Of a stretch of 28,089 nt of DNA, positions 18,288-25,614 are shown piece after piece (positions within the stretch are counted from its first letter, which is position 1; each line of letters begins with the position of its first letter). Below the pieces are notes generated by a model, which was not told the DNA's origin, did not search any database, and worked only from the letters and a program-made list of their open reading frames with translations. This stretch comes from a virus. Lineage: Duplodnaviria > Caudoviricetes. Where the stretch lies: IMG/VR virus record IMGVR_UViG_3300042997_000382, positions 1 through 28,089 of that record; one strand, given 5' to 3'. The translations under genes and the position numbers were made by a program.

Positions 18288-18705
18288 GCGCGCGCCGCAA
18301 CTGTTCTAGTTTCGTAGCCGATTTCACTTCGGCTAGTCCGAGACGCGAACGCCCGGACGGGTCGAAACCTAGCGCCGACATTTGCGAAAGTATTTGCTTC
18401 TCTAGATCGCGTAAAGCCTTACGAGCTTCGGCCGATTGCGTAGCCATTACCACGGTCCGCAAACTTGCGCGCTCTTCGATTGCCTCGCGGAGCATTGCTA
18501 GGGAAAGCGTGTCAGTCTGAGCAAGCCAAATTTGCCCGGCAGAAAGTACGTAATCCAGCGCGCTTACCGGGTCTAGTTCTACCGGCTCCGGCATAACCGC
18601 CGGGACCGCAGCAAGGTTAGAAAGATTTGGAACGCGATCGCCGCGCGCAGTCCCGCGACGTTTCTTAACTTCGGTCGGCGTAGGCGGTCTGCCTCTAGGT
18701 GCCAT
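18274..18705 (-). CDS. terS: Terminase small subunit (P27-like)
   Basis: GRPPTPTEVKKRRG N-terminus, LGFDPSGRSRL; AAGGGGA RBS; overlaps terL. Confidence 0.85.
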   Translation of the reverse strand: MAPRGRPPTPTEVKKRRGTARGDRVPNLSNLAAVPAVMPEPVELDPVSALDYVLSAGQIWLAQTDTLSLAMLREAIEERASLRTVVMATQSAEARKALRDLEKQILSQMSALGFDPSGRSRLGLAEVKSATKLEQLRRARGEG

Positions 18706-18726
18706 CGGTTCCCCTTTGTAGAAAGT

Positions 18727-18860
18727 AAAAAAGCCCTACCCGCCGGAAGTGCGAACCGGTTCGGGAATTATGACAATGCACAAAATTGGGTAGGGCGCGG
18801 GTCTTGGCGCCCGGCGTGTGCTGAAAAAATCGGGTGCCGGGGGGGGTGTGGCGGTGATGC
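18727..18860. promoter_or_regulatory. Putative cos/packaging region and terminator-like structure upstream of terS
   Basis: Non-coding gap between HNH and terS with a G-run near 18838-18847, A6 tracts, 9-bp inverted repeat GCCCTACCC (18733-18741 / 18788-18796) and palindrome CGAACCGGTTCG (18752-18763). Confidence 0.5.
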
Positions 18861-18924
18861 GCTCGGCTTCGGCGGTTTAGTTTTGATTACCAAAGGCGCG
18901 TTAGTGTTGTGTATCGCAGTCGCG

Positions 18925-19236
18925 TTAGCTTCGTACTCGCTTGCGCTTAGCACGTTCGTTACACGATCGGCATGAGGCTATCCAACCTGCGTTCGGGTCG
19001 CCGTCTACTACGTGAGCTGCGACCATGTCGGCAGGGGTAGCTAGCACTAGGCCGCACCCGTAACCGCAGTAAGCGGGTAAGAGTGTGAGTAGTTCGGTTC
19101 GTGCTTGTCTGTGTTCCTTGCCGTATCCGCGAGCGTTAGTTGTGTCGCGTAAGCGTCTACGGTTGCGGTGTAGGCGGCAAGGGTCGCACCGGTCGGCAGG
19201 GGTAGGGGTACCGCAATCGATACAGGGGCGACGCAT
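18925..19236 (-). CDS. Terminase-associated HNH endonuclease
   Basis: PCIDCG..RCDPC N-terminus, ARGYG..H, CGYGCG..AAH..CRSCN; directly upstream of terS as in cos phages. Confidence 0.8.
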   Translation of the reverse strand: MRRPCIDCGTPTPADRCDPCRLHRNRRRLRDTTNARGYGKEHRQARTELLTLLPAYCGYGCGLVLATPADMVAAHVVDGDPNAGWIASCRSCNERAKRKRVRS

Positions 19237-19282
19237 TGTTTAAGCGCTACCTAGTTCTTGCATTGTCGTCGTAGCGTAATCG

Positions 19283-19582
19283 TTAGTTATCCACAAGGCT
19301 AAGGTATTCGGGATCGTCCCACCATAAGCCCCATACGGCTATCGGGTTATAGCCGAGCCGGGTAGCTAACTGGTCTGCATAGTGCAGGGGTACACCGGGT
19401 TTAGTCCAGCGTTGGATAGTGCGCCGAGTGACGCCGAGTAGCTGCGCTAGTTCCTCTTGCTTTACGCACGCGCTTCGTTCGTTTGCTATGTCGTGGCAGT
19501 AGCGACAGCCGGGGCCGTGTAGGGGTTTACCGGCTACGTATGCGGCGGCGTCGTATAGGGGTCGAGAGGGTAGGCGGCTCAT
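19283..19582 (-). CDS. XRE-like helix-turn-helix DNA-binding protein
   Basis: Start moved to MSRLPSRP (ATGA overlap); QEELAQLLGVTRRTIQRW..G...ADQLATRLGYNP..VWG; CxxCH insert. Confidence 0.75.
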   Translation of the reverse strand: MSRLPSRPLYDAAAYVAGKPLHGPGCRYCHDIANERSACVKQEELAQLLGVTRRTIQRWTKPGVPLHYADQLATRLGYNPIAVWGLWWDDPEYLSLVDN

Positions 19583-20178
19583 TCGGGAAACATCGGTTCG
19601 GTTCGCGGGTGCGGGCAACGTACGCGCGCGCCGCTGTGATGCTGGTCTAGTTCGTCGGTGTTCGGTTTCGTCCCGGTCTGCGCTACATGGTCGTAGCACC
19701 ATCGGCAGAGCCATAGCGGTTCGGGTAGGCGGTCGCCTACTGTGCTGCGCTCTTGCGTTAGTGGCGGTTCCCATCGTGGGATTCCGTTCGCTACTTCGAT
19801 TCGTGCGCAGCTCTCGCAATGCGGTTCGTTAGCGTCGGCCATGCGCTGCCGTTCTAGGGCGTTAGGTGGTCGCGGTGTGTAGGTGTTCACGATGGCTAGG
19901 GCGCGGTCTAAGTGTTGCCGGGCTTTAGCTAGGTTCTGTTCTAGGTCGTGCTGGTCGCGTGCGGCGTTGTCGGGTCTGAGCGCGGCGGCGGCGGTGGGGT
20001 CGCTGGTTCCGGTTGCGGTAATTTTGTCGGAGTCGTATCGGATCGCAGACGGTTGGCCGTTGCGGGCGTCGCGTATGCGGTCGAGAACGGTCCCGCCGTA
20101 TTCGTCGCGGGTTTGAATTAAGCGCAGGATCGTTAGCGCCGTGGTCGCGGTTTCGTAGGTGTCGCGCGGTATTGCCAT
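19579..20178 (-). CDS. Hypothetical protein with C-terminal Zn finger (possible late regulator)
   Basis: SDPTAAAA motif, helical core, CESC...LCRWC; position between replication and packaging genes. Confidence 0.6.
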   Translation of the reverse strand: MAIPRDTYETATTALTILRLIQTRDEYGGTVLDRIRDARNGQPSAIRYDSDKITATGTSDPTAAAALRPDNAARDQHDLEQNLAKARQHLDRALAIVNTYTPRPPNALERQRMADANEPHCESCARIEVANGIPRWEPPLTQERSTVGDRLPEPLWLCRWCYDHVAQTGTKPNTDELDQHHSGARVRCPHPRTEPMFPE

Positions 20179-20230
20179 TGTGCAAGGTCTCCGGTCGTCT
20201 GTAGTGGCGTGGGTTCGTTAGTTAAGCGTG

Positions 20231-20932
20231 CTAAGGCGTTGCGGGTTCGTTCGGTAGGCTTTCCCGCTTAAGCAGTCGTAGGGCGACTGTAGAGCCATTG
20301 AGCGCCGCGGCGATTTGGGAAGTGTTCGCCGTCGGGTATTGCTCTAGGAGCCGGGTTGCTTTCGCTATGGCGTCTTCGTCGCTGGTCATTTGTTCGCGTA
20401 CGGTGCGTCGCCATGCTTCCGGGTTTCGTATCCCGGTCGTAGTTGCTTGCCGCTGACGTACTGCCTCTTCGATTGCTGCCGCGACGGTTTCGTTTGCGGA
20501 CGGTTCCGAAGATGGTTTTACGGGTCGGGTCGGGATGGGATGGGTACCTGCTTCGTAGCTTTGCTTCGTTAGCAAACTGTTTTTGCTTGCGGTTTGCTTC
20601 GGCTTTGCTTCGGCTTTGCTTCGTTTCTGACCGGAAACTATGCCGCCTTTACGCCCGGCTTCGGCTCTGCGTTCCGACGTTGTGAGCGTTTGGTATTCGT
20701 TCCAGTTATGGATTTGGTAGCCGTCGTCGGTTGCGATCCATAACCCGGCGTCCACTAGCGCGGTAGCGTCTTCGGTCGTGCCGCCGACCATGCGTACGAA
20801 CGATTCGGGTACTAGGTCGAGACGCTGAGCGCACGACCACGACAAGGCGCGCACCCATAAACCCGATGCGGCTAGGGGTAGCCCGATTACTTTCGGATGC
20901 GCCCAAAACCCGTCGTCTACTTTTGCCCACAT
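20231..20932 (-). CDS. Replication initiator / replisome organiser (actinophage RepA-like)
   Basis: WAKVDDGFWAHPKV..GLW..SW, LVDAGLW, YQIHNWNEYQ, AGRKGG, PIPTRP linker; iterons inside the gene. Confidence 0.8.
   Translation of the reverse strand: MWAKVDDGFWAHPKVIGLPLAASGLWVRALSWSCAQRLDLVPESFVRMVGGTTEDATALVDAGLWIATDDGYQIHNWNEYQTLTTSERRAEAGRKGGIVSGQKRSKAEAKPKQTASKNSLLTKQSYEAGTHPIPTRPVKPSSEPSANETVAAAIEEAVRQRQATTTGIRNPEAWRRTVREQMTSDEDAIAKATRLLEQYPTANTSQIAAALNGSTVALRLLKRESLPNEPATP
20549..20623. repeat. Iteron array, probable replication origin
   Basis: TTTGCTT(CG/GC) starting at 20560, 20582, 20593, 20604, 20615 (11-bp phase), a partial copy at 20549 and inverted AGCAAA at 20571. Confidence 0.7.
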
Positions 20933-21144
20933 TAGGCACGCTCCTGAGCTTCTGCGCGCATACGGGAAAGCTCCGCACCGCGTTCGTTAACAATCTTCTG
21001 CGACTGCTCATAGAGTCGGCATACGCCGTCAAGCGCTGCGCGTAGTTCGTCTATCTCGCGTACCGCTTGTCGGAGCCAAATAGGGTCGATCGCGTTAGGT
21101 GCTATGGATACGTTACGTAACCGGGTTAGTTCGTCGCGTGTCAT
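20932..21144 (-). CDS. Coiled-coil hypothetical protein
   Basis: Translationally coupled on both sides (ATGA, TAATG). Confidence 0.7.
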   Translation of the reverse strand: MTRDELTRLRNVSIAPNAIDPIWLRQAVREIDELRAALDGVCRLYEQSQKIVNERGAELSRMRAEAQERA

Positions 21145-21350
21145 TGTTCGCCATCCTCGCGGGTTTCATAGGCCATAGGTCGGCCGTCGTGACCAATAAG
21201 AACCATTACTTCGATAACGTGCGACGTAACTACCCGCCGTCCGTTACCCATACAACCGCCGCACCACCATATAGCCCCGGTATTTTGCGTACACGGTGCG
21301 TCTATAAAACAATCCGAGATAGGCGATAATGCCCATACTTCACTTTCCAT
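21141..21350 (-). CDS. Hypothetical protein (Cys-rich)
   Basis: AAGGGG RBS at 21357-21362; stop overlaps next start. Confidence 0.55.
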   Translation of the reverse strand: MESEVWALSPISDCFIDAPCTQNTGAIWWCGGCMGNGRRVVTSHVIEVMVLIGHDGRPMAYETREDGEQ

Positions 21351-21501
21351 TACTGACCCCTTCGGCTAGTGCGTCGTACTGTTCTACCAGTAGACGAGCT
21401 GCCTCTAGTAGATATACGCCGTCGAATATGTCGGTAGTTTCTTCGCTGAGTCTCATAAGACGCGCCGCGATTTTCGCGACGCTAAACCCGGTGTAGTGCA
21501 T
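21340..21501 (-). CDS. 53-aa hypothetical protein (not in ORF track)
   Basis: MHYTGFSVAKIAARLMRLSEETTDIFDGVYLLEAARLLVEQYDALAEGVSNGK with AAGGGGA RBS; fills the gap. Confidence 0.7.
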   Translation of the reverse strand: MHYTGFSVAKIAARLMRLSEETTDIFDGVYLLEAARLLVEQYDALAEGVSNGK

Positions 21502-21521
21502 AAGTTCCCCTTGCTAGTTAG

Positions 21522-21998
21522 TTAGTTAAAGCCAAGCTTCGCGCGACATCCCGGCCACGGTTGCCAGCCGCGCGCACGCCATAAACGTAACGCTATTTCT
21601 ATTTGCTGTTCGCGTGAAGCTTGCCAAGCTTGCGGTGCGTACTCTTGGCCGCCGTACCCGTTCCACGTAGCGTGGTGAAACATAAGTAGACCGGAGAAGC
21701 CGCCCTTCACCGGCGGGTAGTCGTGGCGGTTACTTGACTCGCAATAGGCGAGCGCGTCCCATTGTTCCGCGGTCGGTTCGCCGGTTTGCGGTTGAATTGT
21801 TACCGGTCGCGGTTTCGGTTTCGGTTGCGTTGTCGTCGTATTTAGAAACGAAAGGTCCGGTAGCGTTGTCGTCGTTTCCGGTAGCGGTGCGCCTGCTAGC
21901 TCGTTCGTAGGTGTAGGCGGTGCCGGTTCGTTACCTTGCGTCGAGACGCAACCGGTTAGCAACAACAAAAGCACCGTAAGCGTAAGTTTCTTTTTCAT
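21522..21998 (-). CDS. rpf: Lipoprotein with Rpf (resuscitation-promoting factor) transglycosylase domain
   Basis: Signal MKKKLTLTVLLLLLTGC with lipobox LTGC; Pro/Thr linker; WDALAYCES, TWNGYGG, ASREQQIEIA, GWQPWPGC Rpf motifs with catalytic Glu and both Cys. Confidence 0.9.
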   Translation of the reverse strand: MKKKLTLTVLLLLLTGCVSTQGNEPAPPTPTNELAGAPLPETTTTLPDLSFLNTTTTQPKPKPRPVTIQPQTGEPTAEQWDALAYCESSNRHDYPPVKGGFSGLLMFHHATWNGYGGQEYAPQAWQASREQQIEIALRLWRARGWQPWPGCRAKLGFN

Positions 21999-22141
21999 TT
22001 GGTAGCCTCTTTCGGTTTCATCCAGTAGTCACGGTTCGCACGTTTCGAGCATCCGCACCGCACCGCCGTAACGGGTAGCGGAGAAACGTAATCGGTATCG
22101 CATTTGGGGCAATGCCAGTCAGTAGCCGGGTCGGGTCGCAT
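21995..22141 (-). CDS. 48-aa Zn-ribbon protein (not in ORF track)
   Basis: MRPDPATDWHCPKCDTDYVSPLPVTAVRCGCSKRANRDYWMKPKEATK; TAATG and ATGA overlaps link whiB to rpf. Confidence 0.75.
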   Translation of the reverse strand: MRPDPATDWHCPKCDTDYVSPLPVTAVRCGCSKRANRDYWMKPKEATK

Positions 22142-22548
22142 TAAATGAAATCCTCTTGCGCGGCGAGTAGTTCTAGTTCCGGGTCGGAGAGCTTACGTAA
22201 GTGTTTACGGGTTTCCGATCCTTCGCCGGATCGGGACCAAACGCGCCGGTATGCCTCACGTATCCGCGGATCGTTTAAACCCTCTAGGCGGTCGGTGTGC
22301 TGCGGGTGATACCAGTCCGCAAACGATACGCCGCCCCATATGCCGTACTTCTCTTCCGTCTCGAAAGCGTGCTTACGGCAGTCGTACGCGACAGGACACC
22401 GGTCGCATACTTCGCGCGCCTGAGACGTAGCCGAATAAAACGTTTCGGTCGGTACGTTCTCGATTCGGCATAGCGCGTCGGTCATCCAGTCGGTTACGCC
22501 TTGCTTGCGGTGTCGCGCCCGGAACCATGCTAGGCGGGTGTTACTCAT
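22141..22548 (-). CDS. whiB: WhiB-family Fe-S transcription factor
   Basis: W...ALC...AREVCDRCPVAYDC...A...YGIWGG. Confidence 0.92.
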   Translation of the reverse strand: MSNTRLAWFRARHRKQGVTDWMTDALCRIENVPTETFYSATSQAREVCDRCPVAYDCRKHAFETEEKYGIWGGVSFADWYHPQHTDRLEGLNDPRIREAYRRVWSRSGEGSETRKHLRKLSDPELELLAAQEDFI

Positions 22549-22913
22549 AGTTTCCCCTTTCGTATGTCGGCGATAACGTCGCCGAACGTACCACTAAACC
22601 ATTCCGTACCGTGACCCGGTAGCCATCGGGCAGACCATTGCGCCACGTCCGGTACTCCACGGGTCCGACGTACCACGATCGGTACCCGGTCCGGTCCCGC
22701 TTGCGTTTCCGCTTGTCGGCACCATGACGGCCACGCCGACGCGGCTACGTCTTTAACCTCAATCACTACGCCCGGTATGGCGTCAATGTCGCCCGGCTGG
22801 CGTCCGTCGCCCGCTAAATAGCGTCGAGCGTCCGGGTAGCCGTTGTCGCGTAACCAGTTAACTACCTTGCGTTCAGCGTCAGCACCACGCCGACGAGACG
22901 CCGCACCGGTCAT
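22545..22913 (-). CDS. Holliday junction resolvase (Hjc-like PD-(D/E)xK)
   Basis: Start moved to MTGAASRRRG; G...ER.V..WL...GY, GDI, IEVK motifs. Confidence 0.85.
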   Translation of the reverse strand: MTGAASRRRGADAERKVVNWLRDNGYPDARRYLAGDGRQPGDIDAIPGVVIEVKDVAASAWPSWCRQAETQAGPDRVPIVVRRTRGVPDVAQWSARWLPGHGTEWFSGTFGDVIADIRKGKL

Positions 22914-23005
22914 AGCTTCCCGGCCGCAATTAGATAAACAAAAAACATAAACGCCCATACGATCGCGCAGACCGCGACCATCGGCCATACCGGTTCTCTA
23001 TCCAT
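22910..23005 (-). CDS. 31-aa single-TM peptide (not in ORF track)
   Basis: MDREPVWPMVAVCAIVWAFMFFVYLIAAGKL; GAAGGG RBS; ATGA overlap with resolvase. Confidence 0.65.
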   Translation of the reverse strand: MDREPVWPMVAVCAIVWAFMFFVYLIAAGKL

Positions 23006-23327
23006 TGTCTACCCTTCGTACTAGTAAACCGTACGCGTATGCGTCGGCCGGGTTCTCATGCGTCCAAGTGTGATGCCCGCGGCAGATAGCTATAACTACA
23101 GTCGGGTCTAGGTGCGCTCCGGGATGGGTTGCGCGTGGCGTGATTTCGTGCGCGTCGAGTCCGCCAAAACATACGACCTGCGGAACGATCGCGGCCGCTT
23201 CGCATCGGTAGTCGGCTTTTTCGAATACGTCGCGTCGTAGATTCATACGCTGCGCATATTCGGCCCGTCGTTTTTTAGACATTTTCGCTAGCGGTTTGTT
23301 CCTGCGTAACGGTCCCGAACGTTTCAT
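22998..23327 (-). CDS. HNH endonuclease
   Basis: MKRSGPLRR N-terminus, RCE..C...DAHEITPR..G, ICRGHHTWTH. Confidence 0.8.
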   Translation of the reverse strand: MKRSGPLRRNKPLAKMSKKRRAEYAQRMNLRRDVFEKADYRCEAAAIVPQVVCFGGLDAHEITPRATHPGAHLDPTVVIAICRGHHTWTHENPADAYAYGLLVRRVDNG

Positions 23328-23517
23328 ACTCACCCGCCCCAATTAGTTCTAGATCAAAATACGGTAGACGAATACGGCGCCCGCCGACCACGACAGTAGC
23401 AATAAGCGACCGCGGCGTTACATACTGCATACGTCCTAGACGGCCATCCGGTAACCGGACAAGCTGCCGGTTATGCGCTTCCCATTGCGAAACCGTTAAG
23501 CGTTTGCGTTTAGCCAC
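23275..23517 (-). CDS. Hypothetical protein (SH3-like beta pattern)
   Basis: VRLPDGRLG..V; overlaps both neighbours. Confidence 0.55.
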   Translation of the reverse strand: MAKRKRLTVSQWEAHNRQLVRLPDGRLGRMQYVTPRSLIATVVVGGRRIRLPYFDLELIGAGEYETFGTVTQEQTASENV

Positions 23518-24140
23518 GTAACGACCGCTTCGGCTTGCTTAACCGTCAAAGATTCGGAGAGCTTCGGAATATTAGTAGTCGCGCGCCATTGCCCGTACTG
23601 GTCGAGAATGTCGGCGGGTAGTGACGCTAACCGGGTATGTAGTTCGTCCACCGTTGCGCGCGTAGCAGTCGGTTCGCCGGATGGTTTCGCTGCGGGCTGT
23701 CGTTTCGGTTTCGGTGCGGCTTCGAATACTTCCGCGTCCGGGTCCGGGTCGTCGGTCGGAATGGTGAGGGTCTGTAGTAGGCACGTGCGATACGCGACGC
23801 TATACGCCTTCGCTAAGGCTTTGTCGCCCATATCGAAAGACTCGCCGTATACGACCGCTTCTAATGAGTCGCCGCCGGGACCGTAAAATACGTACCGGAT
23901 TTTAACGACCACGCGCGTAGCAGTCTTACCGCTCGCGAGCTGCATAGGTTCAAACTGCACGTCTTCGGTTTGCGGTATACAGATAATGCCATGCTTCCGA
24001 AACGCCGGACCGCACGCATTCATAACCGCGTCGATACCGCGGAAGTTAAACCGCTGCGCTTCGTTCTTACTGTCCTTGCGTACGCTACGTACGTCTTCGG
24101 ATGCGGCCGCGAGAGCCTGCACAACACTAAGCGTAGTCAT
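23496..24140 (-). CDS. erf: Erf-family ssDNA annealing protein
   Basis: KDSKN..FNFRGIDAV, GESFDMGDKA.AKA.S.AYR..L, IPTDDPDPD. Confidence 0.9.
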   Translation of the reverse strand: MTTLSVVQALAAASEDVRSVRKDSKNEAQRFNFRGIDAVMNACGPAFRKHGIICIPQTEDVQFEPMQLASGKTATRVVVKIRYVFYGPGGDSLEAVVYGESFDMGDKALAKAYSVAYRTCLLQTLTIPTDDPDPDAEVFEAAPKPKRQPAAKPSGEPTATRATVDELHTRLASLPADILDQYGQWRATTNIPKLSESLTVKQAEAVVTWLNANA

Positions 24141-24313
24141 TCGTTCCCCTTATCGTTGTTGCCACGTCGAGCCAAGTAAATGCCCCAACAGTTAGGGCTA
24201 CAAAGTAAATCGGTTTTCCCGGCGTCCACCCGCGCGGCACTTTCCACGCTAACCGGTAAATGATATTCACCGCATCGGCAAGGCCGGGTAGTTTGTTCGG
24301 TTTCTAATTCCAT
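24137..24313 (-). CDS. 58-aa Zn-finger-like protein (not in ORF track)
   Basis: MELETEQTTRPCRCGEYHLPVSVESAARVDAGKTDLLCSPNCWGIYLARRGNNDKGNE; GGGAG RBS; ATGA overlap with erf. Confidence 0.7.
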   Translation of the reverse strand: MELETEQTTRPCRCGEYHLPVSVESAARVDAGKTDLLCSPNCWGIYLARRGNNDKGNE

Positions 24314-24585
24314 TGCGTACGCTCCCGCTGCCAGTTATGGGTCTCTTCCATCATCCGGGCGCGATCCTCTGAGGCCCGGTAACGCCGTTCGCGCGCCTGC
24401 TCGCGTTTCGTTTCCGCGCGGTGATGCACCACTAGTAGACCGATACCGACCGTAGCCGAAACCAACGTCAGTAACGCGTAAACGATCGTCCCGGCAGCTA
24501 TAGAAGTTTCTATAAACCAGTTCAGCGTAAACAATGAGAAACCAATAAACGCGATAGCCGCACCGTACTTAGCTGCGCTATTCAT
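24304..24585 (-). CDS. Two-TM membrane protein
   Basis: Two hydrophobic segments followed by a charged helix. Confidence 0.7.
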   Translation of the reverse strand: MNSAAKYGAAIAFIGFSLFTLNWFIETSIAAGTIVYALLTLVSATVGIGLLVVHHRAETKREQARERRYRASEDRARMMEETHNWQRERTQWN

Positions 24586-25003
24586 TGTCGCCGCCCGTCG
24601 AGATCGTTACCCGGTCGCCGTGGTCAAACGCGAACCATTCGTTACGCGTTGTCTTAACGGTTACGCCGTGGCGACGTTCGTTAATGGTCTCGACCCGATG
24701 CCACCATCCGCCGACCCGGATTTGGTCGCCTGCGTTTACGTCTTCAATATCTACCGACCGGGTAGCAGCGTCTAGGCGACTGTTAATTTTCGGCGCGCGC
24801 GGGTCGGGTTCCGGTTCCGGTTCCTGCGTCGCATTGTATTCGTCTAGTGCTTTGCGTAGCGCTGCGGTCGCCCGTGTGAGCTGGTCGAGAAGCGCGGCGG
24901 CATCGTCGCCGGAGAATAGAAGGTTCTTAAAACTTACGAGCGGTCGCCCGGTGTTAGTTACGGAAGCGTAAATAAACTGCGCTTCGTTTTCGATTACGTA
25001 CAT
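24578..25003 (-). CDS. Hypothetical protein with C-terminal SH3-like domain
   Basis: AGGGGA RBS; PEPEPDP linker; EDVNAGDQI...WHRVE. Confidence 0.7.
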   Translation of the reverse strand: MYVIENEAQFIYASVTNTGRPLVSFKNLLFSGDDAAALLDQLTRATAALRKALDEYNATQEPEPEPDPRAPKINSRLDAATRSVDIEDVNAGDQIRVGGWWHRVETINERRHGVTVKTTRNEWFAFDHGDRVTISTGGDNE

Positions 25004-25026
25004 TCTTTCCCCTATCTGTTTGGTTA

Positions 25027-25215
25027 GTGGTCTACTACTCGCCGTCCGATAAGACGAAACCGGTACTCATATGGTGCGGCTATGGCCCGTAGTATTCCGA
25101 TAGCCGTACCGGTGACGGGTGGCGGGTACCCGGAGTCGCGCGCCTTCCTAAGTTACGCGACTCGCCGCTATTTATAGAGCGACCACCGATACGACTACCG
25201 CAATACTACGCGGCC
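25027..25215 (-). ncRNA. Candidate multi-stem, pseudoknotted non-coding RNA (family not recognised)
   Basis: At least six nested helices plus a 13-bp loop-to-flank pairing fill the 215-nt intergenic gap; strand assumed from operon direction. Confidence 0.6.
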
Positions 25216-25218
25216 TAC

Positions 25219-25554
25219 TTACTCTCTTCGTAGTGTACGTGTCTCGAATAGGTCGGAGAATTCCGGGCGACGATCGACCAGTAGGCGGGCGTACCGGGAC
25301 GTAAAATCGTTGTCGATTCGGAACGGTTGCCCGGTCGTGGCACGTCGGTAGTTCCATCGCAGCACCTCGATTAGATACTTAATCCCTATGCGGCCGTCTC
25401 CGTGGCGGTATTCCACGTCTGCGAGCTTCTCTAGCTCATCGGCTACCCACGGGTTTGCGTCGTGAAAGGCTCGAAACTTGTCGTCTATGGTCTCGAATTT
25501 GCCGGTAGTCGTTTGCCATGCCGGAAATAATGTAGGCGCTTCGTAGATGGTCAT
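25219..25554 (-). CDS. Conserved phage hypothetical protein (F..FH..NP / RW / NDF..RYAR type)
   Basis: Start moved to MTIYEAP (AAGGGGA RBS at 25559-25565); motif pattern recalled from many phage hypothetical proteins. Confidence 0.75.
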   Translation of the reverse strand: MTIYEAPTLFPAWQTTTGKFETIDDKFRAFHDANPWVADELEKLADVEYRHGDGRIGIKYLIEVLRWNYRRATTGQPFRIDNDFTSRYARLLVDRRPEFSDLFETRTLRRE

Positions 25555-25614
25555 TCGGTCCCCTTGCGTTGTGTTGGATAGTTTGCCGCGTCCGTGTGAC
25601 ACTCGCGCGGATAG

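Noticed and set aside
19283-19582. HTH protein as an immunity repressor
   Set aside because: Co-oriented inside the operon, with no peptidase domain, divergent promoter or integrase.
20549-20623. CRISPR-like repeat array
   Set aside because: Units are 11 bp with no spacers and lie in a coding region; no cas genes.
25172-25357. 61-aa minus-strand ORF running into the structured region
   Set aside because: Overlaps the conserved 25219-25554 gene in another frame and has no RBS.
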